Assembly: GCA_030704615.1 (NCBI GenBank) | Contig: CM060734.1 | Coordinates: forward strand, 18,724,001 to 18,788,000 | Origin: Takakia lepidozioides | Taxonomy: Eukaryota > Plantae > Bryophyta | Reading direction: 5' to 3' | Length of the DNA: 64,000 nt | Part shown: positions 61,316 to 64,000 of the stretch, piece by piece | How the letters are laid out: the number at the start of each line of letters is the position of its first letter | How positions within the stretch are numbered: the stretch's first letter is position 1 | Made by a program: the position numbers and the translations under genes | Notes under the pieces: model-generated | What the model was told of the DNA's origin: nothing | The model's input: only the letters and a program-made list of their open reading frames with translations | Databases searched by the model: none

Positions 61316-64000
61316 CCAAAATTCTGCTTCAATTGATTTCTTCTGGTCAAATTCCCTTTGTATCTCAGACTGTCTTCCCTTTCCACAGTTCAGTAACCCA
61401 ACACTCTCTTCCCCTTTTTGCATTACGGCTCGGATTGTGGCACCCTCGTGGGAGAGTTTGGCCTCTAGGTCTGCAATCTTGTTCCGACACTCTGGAAGAC
61501 ACCATTGTTTGTCTTCCATTTGCACCCGAACAATCCGCGTCTTCTCCATCAAGTCCAACTTCCCTTTCTTTAACCTCTCCAACTCTTCCTTTGCCCCACA
61601 CATCTCCTCATACTTCAAATCATGTAGTTCCTGAAGACTCACTAAGGCAATTGCCACATACTCCTGCTCATGTTTTTTCCTTTCCATCTCTGTAATCACT
61701 TGCTCAGGTGTTTGTTTCAATCCTTCTTTGCCTCTACCTGGGGTTTTGCGTAGCATCTCTTTCAATTCACAAACTCCTAGCTTTGGCTTACTGTCTATGC
61801 TGCTGGGGTCCTTTGCTTCTCGATGCTCCTTCATTCTTTCTTGTTGCTTAGCTGTCCATGCCGCGTATGCTGCCCAATAGAGTTTTTGTCCAGTCTTTTT
61901 TTCATAGGCAATGCCCCTTGCCATCAAGTTTGCAATGATACCACTGGTTGGCTTACAGTCATACCCATGAACCTTACTCCACAGGTCCTCGATTTTGGGA
62001 ATCAGACTCTTGTCAGTACAACCCATGTAAAAGTAGCCATTCTTGTTTGCAGGTTGTCCAAACAACTTTGCACATTGTTCTTTGGTGATGTCTTTATCTA
62101 AGACAAGTTGTTTGGGATTCTTGCCTGTCGCATTCAGCTTGAGGACATCCCTAAAGTAATCTGCTGATTTCTGCCCCCCTCTTTCGCCCATAGTGTATCT
62201 TCGGATGCCGCTTTGGAACTCTTCGCTTTCGTAGGTGAATTCTCTAACTTACTCCCCGATTGCACCATTGTTTTGAACCGCTTCCTGAGTGCCCTACATA
62301 CTCCCAGCCCCACACTCCCATTAGACCAGTTTTTTACAGCTCCAGGTTGGTTATGTACGGAGACAACAACATGAGGGGGCAAGGATGGAGCTACAAACCA
62401 ACACCCTACCGACATTTCCAGCTTCATGAGAACCAACAAACCAACAAAACAACAAACCAACAAAACCAACAACCTACTGACATTCCCAGCTTCATGACAA
62501 CCATACTACCTAATTCTGACATGAAATTACCTTTCAATCAGAGGCCAAGTCTGGATCGTCTCTGGTTAACGCAAGTGCAGCCTTCAAGAAGTGCAAGTGA
62601 TCCATATAGATGACAAACCCGCTTTTCACACGTTTCCAAATTCTATATTCCTCCACATGGTTAGGTTTCAGAGAATCAACATTCACATATTGATGATATG
62701 CATTGCCATATTCCTCTTCGATCCCAACCAATGATTGACAGAAGGGACAAGTTTCTTGGTGTTCTATTTTATCTTGCTCCTCTTGTGATGTAACCGGGTG
62801 TCTCTCTCTCGAAGGCTCCTCTTCTTGCATTGGTCCTCTTCAATCTAGCGTCATGGTTCAGTTTAGGTAATTAGCTATGCAAGGATGAGCTGGGCTGTCA
62901 CGTGCTAACAACAACAAGAGACTACTCTACCCCTCTACCCCACCTAGGCCATGAGGTATGCAATAAAAGTGAAAATATGAGTAGAGAACACCAGAAAGCA
63001 CAAAAGCTAAGGGGGTGCCACACCTGTAATGCTTCAACAAGATGTGGTGGGAGGTAGCGTGAGGGAGAGCCGCAGGCCACCTGCCATCCCCGCAAATCAG
63101 CTGCACAAACACATGACATACTTAAGTTGAATAGTAGCCCCACAAATGCGACAACATATGCAGGCAAGCTGATGGAATCAGAGGACAGTAAAATGTAAAT
63201 TCTTGAAGGCACTAACATGGCAGCAAGAGAAACCAAACATTTTCAACACAGACACTCAAAATTCCTTGGCAATCAACAATCACAGTGTCAACCTCTTGGG
63301 CCCTTCTTCCGCACACTAGAAAACTGTTTACTGTCCAGCAATGCAAAAATGGGATGCACTTGCCCCCCTCACTATAACACAAAAAGGGTAGCTCGTTGGA
63401 AAGTAGTTTCAAGTCATAACAACAAAGACCAGTGACACAAATTCAAGGCTTTGTTCACCTGTTTGAATAGACTGGACTTGGTGATGACCTATATACAAAA
63501 TCACATTATCAGCATGGTGCAGCCAACGGTACTGTCCAAAGAAGATCACACCCCCCCTTGTGAACAACAAATCAACCTACCACCCTGGACTTGCACCTAT
63601 ATGATCTTGATGTACCTTGCGAGCTCCATCTCCAGCAAACAAACAATGGCAAACAAATATGATCCACATCGGGAGGGTCTCAGTGTGGCAATTGCTTCAC
63701 TCTCACAAGCACAATCTCATCAGGAGCAGAGCATCCATAAATACAAGACCCATTTGTATCTTTTTCTGGACAGAATAACCTAGAACATCTCATGTTAGAA
63801 TACTTCTACTATTCAGAAGGACGACCCAGTACCATTGTGACAAACTTTACATTCAGCTACATATGCTACATCTGCTACTCTTCCCCTGCCTCGCTGATAT
63901 CGTCCCTTTTATAACAACGACCACATTTGGTACAAGCCATATACAAATGCACCTTGACAGAAAAGGGCATGCACTCTCACTTGAAACCAGCCAGCGTCAA

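Larger units (their letters stand above)
58740..62270 (-). pseudogene. Coiled-coil plus RING-like zinc finger gene, probably TE-associated, split by the 59183-61315 insertion
   Basis: ..IEAEFW | LNADKIEKE rejoins across the TSD; CPVC..CKHTYHPAC..C..C; stops at about 59009 and 58778. Confidence 0.7.

Noticed and set aside
63617-63780. Possible exon with a DVDHICLPL (Ulp1-like) motif on the minus strand
   Set aside because: In-frame stop and no catalytic H/D/C context, so unsupported.

Overview
Repeat-rich nuclear DNA of a land plant, probably a non-seed plant (inferred from PLS-type PPR, PHT4;6, RTNLB22, CSN1 and COMATOSE homologues and GT-AG introns). Only two host genes look intact: the PHT4;6/ANTR5 anion transporter (49773-51179, +) and a reticulon RTNLB22-like gene (51755-54113, -). 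The rest is nested transposons and gene relics: a Ty3/gypsy chromovirus with a C5 DNA-methyltransferase remnant, two more gypsy fragments, a Ty1/copia element, LINE and CACTA fragments, and CSN1, ABCD and PPR pseudogenes. The main signal is a Mutator-like (MULE) family with short degenerate termini (13 nt then RYRTGAGC). Three non-autonomous copies have 9-10 bp target-site duplications that can be read directly (4412-6060; 36681-41633, which carries PPR fragments; 59183-61315). A large decayed member starting near 10249 has two tandem GCM/DDE/SWIM transposase units. These sit divergently from a 9-exon gene fusing a ParB/Srx-like domain (DGNHR) to a beta-class amino-DNA-methyltransferase-like domain. 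The three bounded copies and intron 1 of that gene each carry an array of palindromes with a CG-N4-CG core, so this may be a transposon-encoded DNA-marking or anti-silencing system. All domain calls come from motif recognition by eye, with no database searches.
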